The notes below the pieces were generated by a model. That model was not told the origin of the DNA. It saw only the letters and a program-made list of their open reading frames with translations, and made no database searches. From Felis catus (lineage: Eukaryota), in contig NC_058380.1 of the NCBI RefSeq assembly GCF_018350175.1, positions 91,450,001-91,514,000 of the forward strand: a stretch of 64,000 nt of DNA, in the 5' to 3' direction. A program made the translations under genes and the position numbers. Below, piece after piece: positions 23,597 through 58,586 of this stretch; position 1 is the first letter of the stretch; each line of letters opens with the position of its first letter.

Positions 23597-25634
23597 GCAA
23601 ATGGTTCTCTATCCTTTCCCTGTCCTGGTGGCTTTGTGGGCCCATCGCGGGCGTGTGGTCCGGGTTTGCCCTTCACAGCGGTCTCTCCAGCTCAGCCTAG
23701 CAGGGCCTGGCTCCCTGGGAGCAGGTGCGGGGAAACACACGAGTGTCCGGGCCCAGCCCTGCCTGCACACCTGTCACCGGGCTCCAGACCCACGGTCCTG
23801 GCACGTGGACGTCCCTGGGGCACACAAGGGGTCCTGGCACCGCCCCCAGCCCCTGAGGTCCCGGGAGGCAGGGGAGGGCGTTGGCTGGACGCAGGCTGGA
23901 GGTCTTCAGAAGCACTGGGCACCGCAGCCTGAGGTGCAGGAGGCTCCGTGCTGGCTGGTGGTGCCAGCCTCCTGGGCAACAAAGGCCCTTTGGAACGAGC
24001 CTCCGGCGTCCTGTTCCCGCCCACCCGGGGTGCCTTCCCAGGCCTGGAGTCATGCCTGTTGCCCCCAGACACCCTTGGGTAGCCCCCTCCGCCAGGCTGT
24101 CTTCTAGTGCCTACCCCCACCTCCCCACTTTGACCTGTTCCCCTGGGGCCCTGATATCAGTCCTTGACGGGACCCCCTCTCACTCCAGAGCGTCCTGTTG
24201 GCCACGGGTTTGGAGAACGAGCGGTAGGACTAGGCACGTAGCCTTAGCAGTTCCAGGATTCTGGCGAGCCAGTGTTTGCCTCACTTGGGCTCCACCCACC
24301 ACCAAGGCTGCTGTGCTGTGGTCACTAGGAGAGGGGCTTCCCGCTTTCCTCTGAGTTCTGCTGGAGGCCCAGAAGGCTCTAACACCCACCGTTCCCTCCA
24401 GGCGGAAGGTCACCTGGCATGGGGCTGAGTTTACTTCCGTCATCCTAACCCGGATGCAAACCGGCTAGACGGGTCTGGCGGGGCAGCGGGGCAGCTCCTG
24501 GGCACAGGCACACGTCCCTTTAGACTTGGTTTGTTAACGAAATGTGAGAAAAACAAAAAAGCTGCATCTTGGGTCACAGCATCACACAACAGGCACAGAG
24601 GTGTCCCAGAAACTGCTGGCTGGTCCCCAAGGAGGGTTCAACACTAGGAGGAGACACCTGTGTCAGAGGAGTCAGGGAGGTCCCCAATGACAAGGAGTCA
24701 GCCAGGGCCCCTCTGCACCCTTGCCCCTGGTGCCCTGTGGGGTCATCCGTGGTGTGGGACAACTCCCCCTGCTGCCTGTGTGGTTTGCTGGCCTAGGTCC
24801 TTAGGGGAGGAGGGAGGAGGCCTCTGGACGGCGAGGCCAGGGAGGAGGCTGAGGTTAAGTCCCACGATGCCAGCCTGCAGCTAAGTCCCTCAGGAAGATG
24901 CAGAGGAAGAAGCCCTCAGGGCAGGGCAGGGCAGGGGGGCTCTGATAAATGATACAGATTGGGAGCCTCAGATGCTACCTGTAGCCTTTTCTCAGCCAGA
25001 GGCGCCTAGCGGCTGTGGCTGTGGGAGGGCCCGTGGGCAGCGCCCCCACCTCCTGGGGGATTTGGAGAGCCTCCGGCATTGCTGAGCTGGGGGCGGGATC
25101 CTCCCCGAGACCGCCAGTGCGAGGGAGGGCAGCGAGCACAGGCCCATGCCTTGCCCCTTCTTGGCCCCTGCTCCTGGCAGCCTTGGGGGAAGGATGGTGG
25201 CATAGGTCAGCTGGGTGGGGCCCAGGCCTCACCTGGGCTGTCACAGTCCCTGAGAAACAGGCCTCCCGCTGTCTGCTGAGGGCCCCCCAGGGTTTCCGGG
25301 TCATTGTTTCCACTATCCCAAGAGCCTAAGGGTGATCTCCATCCCCTTCCCTGTAATGCACCATCCCCTGAGGCTGGATCCAGTAGGGCACTGGGGAGCA
25401 GCTCCCAGGCCCCCAGCCACCCTACCTGCTTCACCCCGGGGGTTGCCTGCCCAGGTCTCCTCTGCTCCCACACAGAAGTTCAAGTGAAGCTCCGGCTGAA
25501 GCCCTGCCCACCCCCACACACCTCCCAGACCCCCGATTCCCCCACCACCCCACCCTGCTCCACAGCCCTATTGTGAGGTCAGCGCCTTCCAATGGGTTCC
25601 ATCCAGAGGTGTGTGGTGGGGTTGGGGGCTGGAC

Positions 25635-26618
<984 letters not shown>

Positions 26619-26644
26619 GGCTGCGGGCAGCCTAGGGTAAGAGA

Positions 26645-26650
26645 ATTAAA
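26645..26650 (+). terminator. TMEM210 poly(A) signal (ATTAAA)
   Basis: ATTAAA 26 nt after the TAG stop, followed by T-rich 'ggtatttagtgcttctg'. Confidence 0.7.
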
Positions 26651-27685
26651 CGGTATTTAGTGCTTCTGCCCTGTCCTCTCTGCGGGCTCCTCCTAGAGCC
26701 GCTGTGCGGCTGCGTGAAGGGGTGGGGAGGGGTCTGTGTGCACCTAGGTCATCTCCTTTATCTTGGATGGCGGGTGTGTGTGTGTGTGCGTGCGCGAGTG
26801 TGCGCTGCCTGCACAAGTGCCCGCTGTCTGCCCTTCAGGGCAGGAGCCACAGCCCTGGTGTTTCCATCTCCTCCTGCCATGGCCTCCGTCTAGCTCCTCC
26901 CGGCATCGTCCTGCTGCCTTGCCCCACGAAGTTGGCATGGCTCCTGGGCCCCTGCCCACCCCACCCCCACCCCCACCCCGGAAAACCCCAGGACAGGATG
27001 TGCAACTCTGGTGACTCCAGAGGGAGCAGCATTTGACTGGAGAACTTGGGCTGGTGCCTGTGCCCTACCCACACTGTCTCCTTGAGGTTCTAGGAGAATC
27101 CTCATAGGGCCAGGTAGGGCAGACATGACGGTCTCCAGGTATGCAGTCCCCGCTCCACCCTACGGCCTATCCCCTGGGCTCAGGCTCCCATCATGTACTC
27201 CTGACCCCACCAAACATCCACTATGGAGATGGGACCATCCCTATACAGGGGGTGCGGGGAGGGGGCCCACTGTGTGTGTGCTAGGGTCACTTTGCTGGGC
27301 AGGAGACAGGCAGGGACGAGTGAGCAGTGAGGCCCCTGGGTCCCATTCCATGCGTGGCATCCATGAGTTTGATGGGTGTGTGTGGGGGGGGTCATCCATC
27401 GGCTTAGGCCTCAAGGGGGGCACAGGGTGGTGGATACCCCAGGAGAGGAGAGGTGGGGCTTCTCACGGCCGCAGCTGGCACAGAGCCAAGAGGAGCCCGG
27501 ATCCGGGACAGGTGGCTGGCAGTGCAGGGTGCTGGCTATCCGCCCAGCCCCCGCCCTGGGCGCGGGGACCAGCCGTGGAACAGGAACTGCCGGCACCTGG
27601 GCTGGAGAATTAATATTTGTGCAGGCGCGGCAAAGACGCACTGGCTACGTGAACGCACGGGCAGCAGGCCTTGAGCTCTGCCCCC

Positions 27686-28736
27686 ATGCGGAGCCTCTCC
27701 TCTCTCTCGCGGCGGCCGTCGCCGATGTTGCTGCTGCTGCTGTCGCCGTGGTCCGTCTGGGCCCAGTTGTCGGCCGCGGCCGCCTCCTCGGGAACCCCAG
27801 GCACCCCGGACTGCCCGGAGGCGTGCGCGTGCGCGCCGGGCGGCCAGGCCAACTGCTCGAGGCGCGCGCTGCCCGCCGTGCCTGCGGGCCTGAGCCGGCG
27901 CGTGCGCGCGCTGCTGCTGGACCATAACCGTGTGCGCGCGCTGCCGCCCGGCGCTTTCGTGGGCGCTGACACGCTGCTGCGCCTGGACCTGCGCGAGAAC
28001 GGGCTGCGCTGGGTGCACGCGCGGGCCTTCTGGAGCTTGGGCGCGCTGCAGCAGCTCGACCTCAGCGCCAACCAGTTGGAGGCGCTGGCGCCCGGCACCT
28101 TTTCGCCCTTGCGCGCGCTGCGTTCCCTCTCGCTGGCAGGCAATCGGCTGGCGCGCCTGGAGCCGGCGGCGCTGGGCGCGCTCCCGCTGCTGTACGCGCT
28201 CAGCCTGCAGGACAACGAGCTGCCTGCGCTCGCGCCGGGACTGCTGGCCGGCCTGCCCGCTCTCCGCGCACTGCGCCTGCGCGGCAACCCTTGGGTCTGC
28301 GGCTGCGCGCTGCGTCCTCTCTGCTCCTGGCTGCGCCGGCACCCGCGGCCGGCGCCAGGTGAGCCCTCCGGGTGGGGGTAGGCGGGCCGGGAGCCACGGC
28401 CACGGTCCCCGCCGCCGCCACCTGACTGTGCACCTGTGTCCCGCAGAGGCCGAGACGCCGCTCTGCGTGTTGCCAGGGCGCCTGACGCTCAGACCCTTGA
28501 CCGCCTTAACGGACGCCGCCTTCAGCCACTGCGCGCAGCGGCTCGCCCCCCGGGACCTGGCTGTGGTCTACGCGCTCGGGCCCGTCTCCTTTCTCGCCAG
28601 CCTGGCCGCCTGCCTGGCGCTGGGCTCCGTGCTCACCGCCTGCCGCACGCGCCGCTGGCGCGACACCGCCCTCGGCCCGCTGAGGAGAGCGCTGGCCCCT
28701 GGCCCCGGGAGCCCCGCGGCCGCTGCTCAGGACTGA
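27686..28736 (+). CDS. LRRC26: Leucine-rich repeat protein 26, BK channel auxiliary gamma-1 subunit, 320 aa
   Basis: Exons 27686-28358 and 28447-28736 (963 nt; 88-nt GT-AG intron). Signal peptide, LRRNT (CPEACAC), LRR repeats (LLLDHNRV, LDLRENGL, LDLSANQL, LSLAGNRL, LSLQDNEL), LRRCT (GNPWVCGC), TM segment, basic juxtamembrane cluster, C-terminus PGSPAAAAQD*. Confidence 0.95.
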
Positions 28737-29660
28737 GCGGACCTTGGCTGTTCTCGAATCTTCCCCTGTCCCCTGCCCTTCTTCACTCTCCCTGCAGGCG
28801 TCAACAAGCGACACAGACAGAAAGTTCCGTGACATTCCTTTAGACATCACCACTGCACACACCGGGTCAGGGGGCGGCGCGCGCCGGGCCCCCGGGCGGA
28901 GGGGCAGCGCGCGGCTGCGCACGGGCCGCATGGGGAAGGCACGCGCTCGACACGGGAAGGGCTGGGCCTGTACAGGTTGGCGGGCAGGGCTGAGGACAGT
29001 CCCGAGCCAGTGTGGTGGTTGGCGGGGGCGGGGAGCCTATCTTGGGCTGCGGGCTGGAGGACGCGAATAGCTGGCCCAGCCCTCGTGGGGATTGGAGAAG
29101 GTCTGAGGCAGTGGGGGATCCCCAGCGCGCTCCTAGGAGGCAGCTGCCAGCTGAGGGTCAGAGTCTGCCACTGGGGGACGGGCAGGGCCAGCTGGATGCA
29201 TAGGGTCAAGCGGAGAAGGGAAATGGGTCAGAAAAGAGGGGTGGAGCTGAGGCTGCCAGGAGCAGGCGCTGGAGGAGGGGGTGACCCAGCCAGTTGGGGC
29301 CTCGCACCCCCACCGTGGCTCTGGTAGTGGCTGGAGAAGGATGGGGCTTCAGTCTCTGCTCCAGGCCCCTCTGGCCCGGTTAGCCCCTCTCCCCACTGCT
29401 TAGAGACCCCAGGGCCCTGCCTCTGCCGGAGTGCCCTGTGGCCCTGCCCAGCCAGCTCAGCTCTGGCCTGTCCTCAGCCGCTCTGGTCCGAGCCTCGGTC
29501 CAGCAGGGGCTGCCCGCCAGGCAGCAGGGCGGACAGACAGACGGGAGGCCCANNNNNNNNNNNNNNNNNNNNNNNNNNNNNNNNNNNNNNNNNNNNNNNN
29601 NNNNNNNNNNNNNNNNNNNNNNNNNNNNNNNNNNNNNNNNNNNNNNNNNNNNNNNNNNNN

Positions 29661-29729
29661 NNNNNNNNNNNNNNNNNNNNNNNNNNNNNNNNNNNNNNNN
29701 NNNNNNNNNATATCAGTGGGATGATACTG
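29661..29729 (-). CDS. GRIN1: GRIN1 alternative terminal segment C2' (QYHPTDI...STVV), mostly hidden by N gap
   Basis: Acceptor 'ctattttgcag|CAGTATCATCCCACTGATAT' encodes QYHPTDI (29729-29710 visible). The rest lies in N-run 29553-29709; the end coordinate is inferred from the known 22-aa C2' length. Confidence 0.85.
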
Positions 29730-29980
29730 CTGCAAAATAGAAATACACAGACAAGGCAGCCCGTTAGCCCCCATGCTCGGGGGCACGCGCAGGGCCGGGA
29801 CGGGTGGACCGGCCAGCCGGCCGACCGGCGGGCGGGCGGGCGCGGCCTGGGGGAGGCTGGGGGGCGCTCCTCCCCCTGACCCCGTCGTGCTCCGGGACTC
29901 TGCGTGGGCCGGGCCGCTGTCCCGTCCATCTGTCTGTCTGTCTGCGGGGGAGGGGGGCAGAGGAGGGCGGGCAGGGCGTC

Positions 29981-53429
<23,449 letters not shown>

Positions 53430-53494
53430 TTAGAGGGGTTCGTGTCACTGCGTGCAGCCTTACGTGTCTTTTAACATGACCGAATGTGTCCGGC

Positions 53495-53496
<2 letters not shown>

Positions 53497-53539
<43 letters not shown>

Positions 53540-53555
53540 CGCGCGCGCGCACGCG
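53497..53555. repeat. Compound (GT)17(GC)10 microsatellite, potential Z-DNA
   Basis: 59 bp of uninterrupted purine-pyrimidine alternation: (GT)17 53497-53530, (GC)10 53531-53550, then ACGCG. Confidence 0.9.
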
Positions 53556-56138
53556 AGTTCTCACCCATAGTTAACGATATTTCTGCCCGACTCTCCTGGC
53601 TGGAGACCTAGTGGTGTGGAGATGCCCTAAGCCATGCCTCTGGGGGAGGGACAGTAAGGATCCCCTCTCTGAAAGGCTCAAAAATGGGGGACAGACTCCA
53701 TCTGCCTGGCCATGTGACTTGCGTTCCCCCAGAGAGTTGATAAGAATAGAAGGGGTGACGGTGGCTGCCCCCATGTAGAGCTGGATCTTCCAGGAGAGTC
53801 TGGGGGTCTGGACCCAAACCAGTTATGGAGAAGCCAAGGCCAGAGGGAGTTGCATTTTAGCAGATGGGACTAAGGTTAGACATCAGAAAGCACTTGCTCT
53901 GGTGAGGTGTGTACCAAGATAGACATCCCAGATCCCTTGCTTCCACTCTTCCCCAGGCCCTTTCCTAATACACTCCTGGCCCCCCTCCTCCTGCCCCTTT
54001 CTAGAGCCTCCCTTGTCCCTCTTGCCCTCATGATCCTAATTATTCCCGCGCCCCACCCCCCGCCCCAGAGTGCTTCACCTCCCTAAAGCAAAGGATGGCT
54101 CAAGCTCCGCCCCCTGCCAGTGACATCATTGTTTCCAATAGCAACTGAGGATTCTGCAAACCCAACTGCAAAAGCCCCCAGTAGGGATAATGTAAGGGCG
54201 GTCCCTGCACTTAAGTGCTGTTCTGAGCATCAGGCAGGGGAGAAGCCATGCTGTTCCCTCAGGGTCTCACTCCCTGTCCCCTGCAGTCCTCGGCACTAGG
54301 CTGACGCTGCCCCCCACCCCTCCAGAGCCAAACACGGACACCGAGGGACATCTCTGGCTCTGAGAGGCAGGGGCTCGGCTCCTGGCATGCTCCCTGTCTC
54401 CGCCCCCTTCTCTCTCAATGCCAGGGAATCATTGCTCAGGGGGGCCAACCTCCCACAGCCTGCTGCAGGCCCACACCTCTCTCTGTTCCGGGACTGAGGT
54501 CCACAGTGGAAGGACACAGCAGGCTCACAGAAAGATATACTGAGGATGCTTGGGGGCCCAGAGCTAGCCCCACCTCCACAGGGTCTGTGGTAAGTGTCCA
54601 AACTTCTGTGGCCTGTGGCAGATCAGAGCTTGGAGGCTGTGCGGTTGCATGGGGGGCTGGCAGCCAGCTCCGGTGTGGCCCAGGCAGCTCCAGGATGCTT
54701 GAGGGAGGAAAGAATTCAGCAGGGGGCTGCAGCCAGAAAGCCCGGCCCCTCCCGTCTACCCCCATCTGCCAGTCGGGTGCTGGGGCCACTCCCATCAGCC
54801 CTGGAGGGGCGGTTTCTAAATACGCAGAAATCTGCCAGCTAGTTTTCACGCAGCTGGGAGCTTCAAGTTGGCTGTGGTGGAAACAGTTATGTCAGGGAAA
54901 TTGTCAGACCTTGCAGATCGGCGCTGATGTTTTCCCTTTAGGGCGTGAGTTTACCGGCAGATCGCCACCTCCCCTGGGCTGCCAACGCTGAAGCTTTTGT
55001 CTCAAGCCTCTTGCACAGATTCCAAACATCCAGGGATGGGGTGGAGGCTGTGCCCGCCCACCAGACCTCGGTCGCCTCCCATGAGTGAGTCCCTCCTGAG
55101 ATCTGCCCTCCCCTTTCTTTCCAAGGGGGTTGGTGGTGCAGCCATAGAAGGCCTGGACCTCGCATTGCTCCCACCGTGACGGAAGAACCCGCCTGGACTT
55201 TGGCGCCTCTGAATCCTCCTCATCAAATTCTGTGGGGAGGACTCAGGGGCCTGGGTGTTTCCGCTGGCCTGGGCGGAGAGGGAGGCCTGGGTCTGTCCCA
55301 GGCCTCCCCCAGGGGAGATGCTTGAGGCGCAGCAGGCCCTATGGAGGGAGCTGCTCCTCCCCTCCCCCACTCTGGGCACCTCCCCGCGAGTGGCTGTCAG
55401 TCACCGCACAGCCCTCCTTCGAGCCTCAGTCGATGGGCCGAGGGGTTGGCCCAAGACCCAAGCGGACCGCTCAGGGTTCTTCCGTAGGATTTTGGCCAGA
55501 TCAGAAACTGGCACAAGAACCCATCTCTACGTCCTCCCTGGAGGGGAATCCCTGAGAATTGGGGCCCAAGAGCCACTTGTGGACACATTCTGCCAAGAGG
55601 AAAGCGGTTTGAGAGGAGGAGGCTGGCGGGCAGGGAGGGTGTGCAGAAGCTAGGCAGACACCTTGCCCGCGGCCAGCCCAGGGGGCAGAGGACGGGCCTT
55701 CGTCTGATGTCCACCTGCCGTGAGGGCCTGCCTCCGAATCAGGACTGGGGAAATGCGGCGGGCCGTCAGTAGGCCTGGCCGCTTGTCGACACGGACTGGC
55801 GTCGGCTCTCTGTCCCCTGACCCGGGGACGCCCCAGGACTCCCACAGAGGACAGCGCAGACACCAGTGAGGCCGTCTGGCTTGCTCTCGTGCGGATTTCC
55901 ACTCGCTTCATCCACACGGCTCCGCTACCTGCCTCCACCACGAGATCGCTCCCACCCCTGTTCCCACACTCTGGTTTCCGCTAAGAAACCAATCTGACAG
56001 AGATCGCGCTGACTTTACAGACCAGTTTGTGCAGGACTGCTAGCTTCCCAGCACTGAGTCTCTTTGGTCCCTTTATTTAGACCATCTTTACTTTCGGCAA
56101 CGCTTCGTAGGTTTTAATGGACGGGTGTTGCTATTATT

Positions 56139-56745
56139 TTTTTTAATTTAATTTTTTTATTTTCTTAATTTACATCCAAATTAGCATGTGGTGCAGCAAT
56201 GATTTCAGGAGTAGATTCCTTAATGCCCCTTGTCCATTTAGCCCCTCCCCCCTCCCCCAACCCCTCCAGCAACCCTCTGTTTGTTCTCCATATTTATGAG
56301 TCTCTTCTGTTTGGTCCCCCTCCCTGTTTTTACATTATTTTTGTTTCCCTTCCCTTACGTTCATCTGTTTTGTCTCTGAAAGTCCTCATATGTGTGAAGT
56401 CATATGATTTTTGTCTTTCTCTGACTGACTAATTTCACTTAACATAATACCCTCCAGTTCCATTCACATAGTTGCAAGTGGCAAGATTTCATTCGTTTTG
56501 GTTGCCGAGTAATAGTCCATTGTATATATATGCCACATCTTTATCCATTCATCCATTGATGGACATGTGGGCTCTTTCCATACTTTGGCTGTTGTTGATA
56601 GCGCTGCTATAAACATGGGGGTGCATGTGTCCCTTCGAAACAGCACACCTGTATCCCATGGATAAATGCCTAGTGGTGCAATTGCTGGGTTGTCGGGTAG
56701 TTCTATTTTTAGTTTTTTGAGGAACCTCCAGACTGCGTCCAGCTT
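56139..56745 (-). mobile_element. 5'-truncated young carnivore/felid L1 (3' UTR + ORF2 C-terminus) inserted into the older L1M
   Basis: T-tail at about 56139-56165, felid-type L1 3' UTR, and an ORF2 tail peptide (DTCTPMFIAALSTTAKVWKEPTCPSMDEWIKMW..YTMDYYSA..KNEILP-like) at 56464-56646. Confidence 0.9.
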
Positions 56746-57839
56746 GCACTCCCATGCTGTTTTGTTAAATTTCTTCCTAAGTACTTTATTCTCTCTGATG
56801 TAATTATGAATGGAATTGTGTTCTTCATTTTATTTCTGGTCTATTCATTGCTGATATGTAGAAATAAAATTGACTTTTGAGTATGGGGCTTTCCAGACTC
56901 ATTCATCCTAGTAGGTTTTTTTTTTGTTTGTTGAGCCCTTAGCATTTCCAAACAGGGTCATGTTGTCTCTCAGTAGATGGTTTCCTTCTTCCTCTCCAGT
57001 CCGGGTGTCTCTTGTTTCTTTTCTTGCCCGAGTGAGCTGGGTAGACCCTCCATCCATGACAAACAGAAGTGTCTGCCTTGTTCCTGATCTCACAGGGGAA
57101 GCATTCAGTCTTTCACCAATAAGGACAATGTCAGCTGCAGGATTTGGCAGGTACCCTTACTGGGTTGAGGAAGTGCTCTCCTAGCCCCAGTCTGTTGAGA
57201 GTATTTATCAGGAATGGATGTTGGATTTTGTCAAATGCTTTTTCTGCATGTACTTTTTGTGACTTATTTTATTAATATGGTGTAGAACACTAATTTGGGA
57301 ATGTCAAATCAGCCTTACATCCTGGACATAAATCCTCCTTGGTTATGTTATACTTTTTATGTGTTGACACATTGTTTACTAATGTTTTGTAGATAATTTT
57401 TGCATTTATGTTACTAGTGGATATTGGTCTGTAGTGCCTTATGATGTCTCCGTCTGGTTCTGGTTCTGATATCAGGTTAACGCTGGCCTCGTGGAATCAG
57501 TTGGAGCGTGTTTCCTCCTTTTCTATTTTCTGGAAGAGTTCATGAAGGATCGGTGTTAATTCTTCTTCAAGTTTTTGGTAGAATTCACCAGCAAAAGCCT
57601 GGCCTTTTGTTGGGGAGGGAGAAGGGAGGAAGGTTTTAAAATCACGGTTCCAATTTCCTTGTAGGCATATTCATATTTTCTTTTTCTTCCTGCATCAGTT
57701 TTTGGGAATTTATATGTTTTTAGGAATATATCCATTTCATCTAAACTGATTTATTGACATAAAGTTGTTCACGGTATGCCCTTTAACCCTTTCGATTTCT
57801 GTAAGGTCAGCGGTGATGTCCCCTCCTCTATTCCTTTTT

Positions 57840-57942
57840 TTTCCCTTTTGTAAAAAATTTATTTTCATGTAATCTCCACACCCAGTGCAGGGCTCAAACT
57901 CGACCCCAAGATCAGGAGTCGCCCGCTCCAGTCAGCCAGGCT
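57840..57942 (-). mobile_element. Short Can-SINE fragment
   Basis: T-tail followed by 'gtaatctccacacccagtgcagggctcaaactcgaccccaagatcaggagtcg'. Confidence 0.65.
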
Positions 57943-58161
57943 CTCTTCTTTTCCTGATATTATTTTTTCTTCATTGGTCTAAATGTTTGTCGATTTTGTC
58001 GACCTTCCCAAAGAAACAACTTTCTGTTTCACTGATTCTCTGTTATTTTTCTGATTTGTTTCACTGACGTCTTCAACTTTTACTCTTTTCTTCTCCTTGC
58101 TTTGGATTTAGTTTGCTCCTTTTCCCCTCAGCTTTGTTTTTCGTTTAAAGTGTATTTATTT

Positions 58162-58381
58162 GGGGCGCCTGGGTGGCTCAGTCGGTTAAGCGGCCGACTT
58201 CAGCTCAGGTCACGATCTTGCGGTCCGTGAGTTCGAGCCCGAGTCGGGCTCTGGGCTGATGGCTCAGAGCCTGGAGCCTGCTTCCGATTCTGTGTCTCCC
58301 TCTCTCTCTGCCCCTCCCCCGTTCATGCTGTGTCTCTCTCTGTCTCAAAAATAAATAAACGTTAAAAAAAATTAAAAAAAA
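58162..58381 (+). mobile_element. Young full-length felid SINE (SINEC_Fc-like) with 16-bp TSD
   Basis: GGGGCGCCTGGGTGGCTCAGTCGGTTAAGCG (A box) ... GAGTTCGAGCCC (B box), (CT)n, AATAAA and A-tail; flanked by TAAAGTGTATTTATTT at 58146-58161 and 58382-58397. Confidence 0.95.
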
Positions 58382-58432
58382 TAAAGTGTATTTATTTATT
58401 TTGAGAGGGAGCACGCAAGTGAGTGGGAGACG

Positions 58433-58466
<34 letters not shown>

Positions 58467-58586
58467 CCCAAGCAGGCTCCGCACTGTGAGTGTAGAGCCC
58501 AATGCAGGGCTCGAACCCACAAACTGTGAGATCATGACCTGAGACGAAGTCGGATGCTTAACTGACAGAGCCACCCAGGAACCCCT
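58382..58586 (-). mobile_element. Older Can-SINE whose tail was the target of the SINEC_Fc insertion
   Basis: 'tatttattttgagaggg...(GA)n...cccaagcaggctcc...gagatcatgacctgag..gaagtcggatgcttaactgacagagccacccagg'; its T-tail continues left of 58162. Confidence 0.9.
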
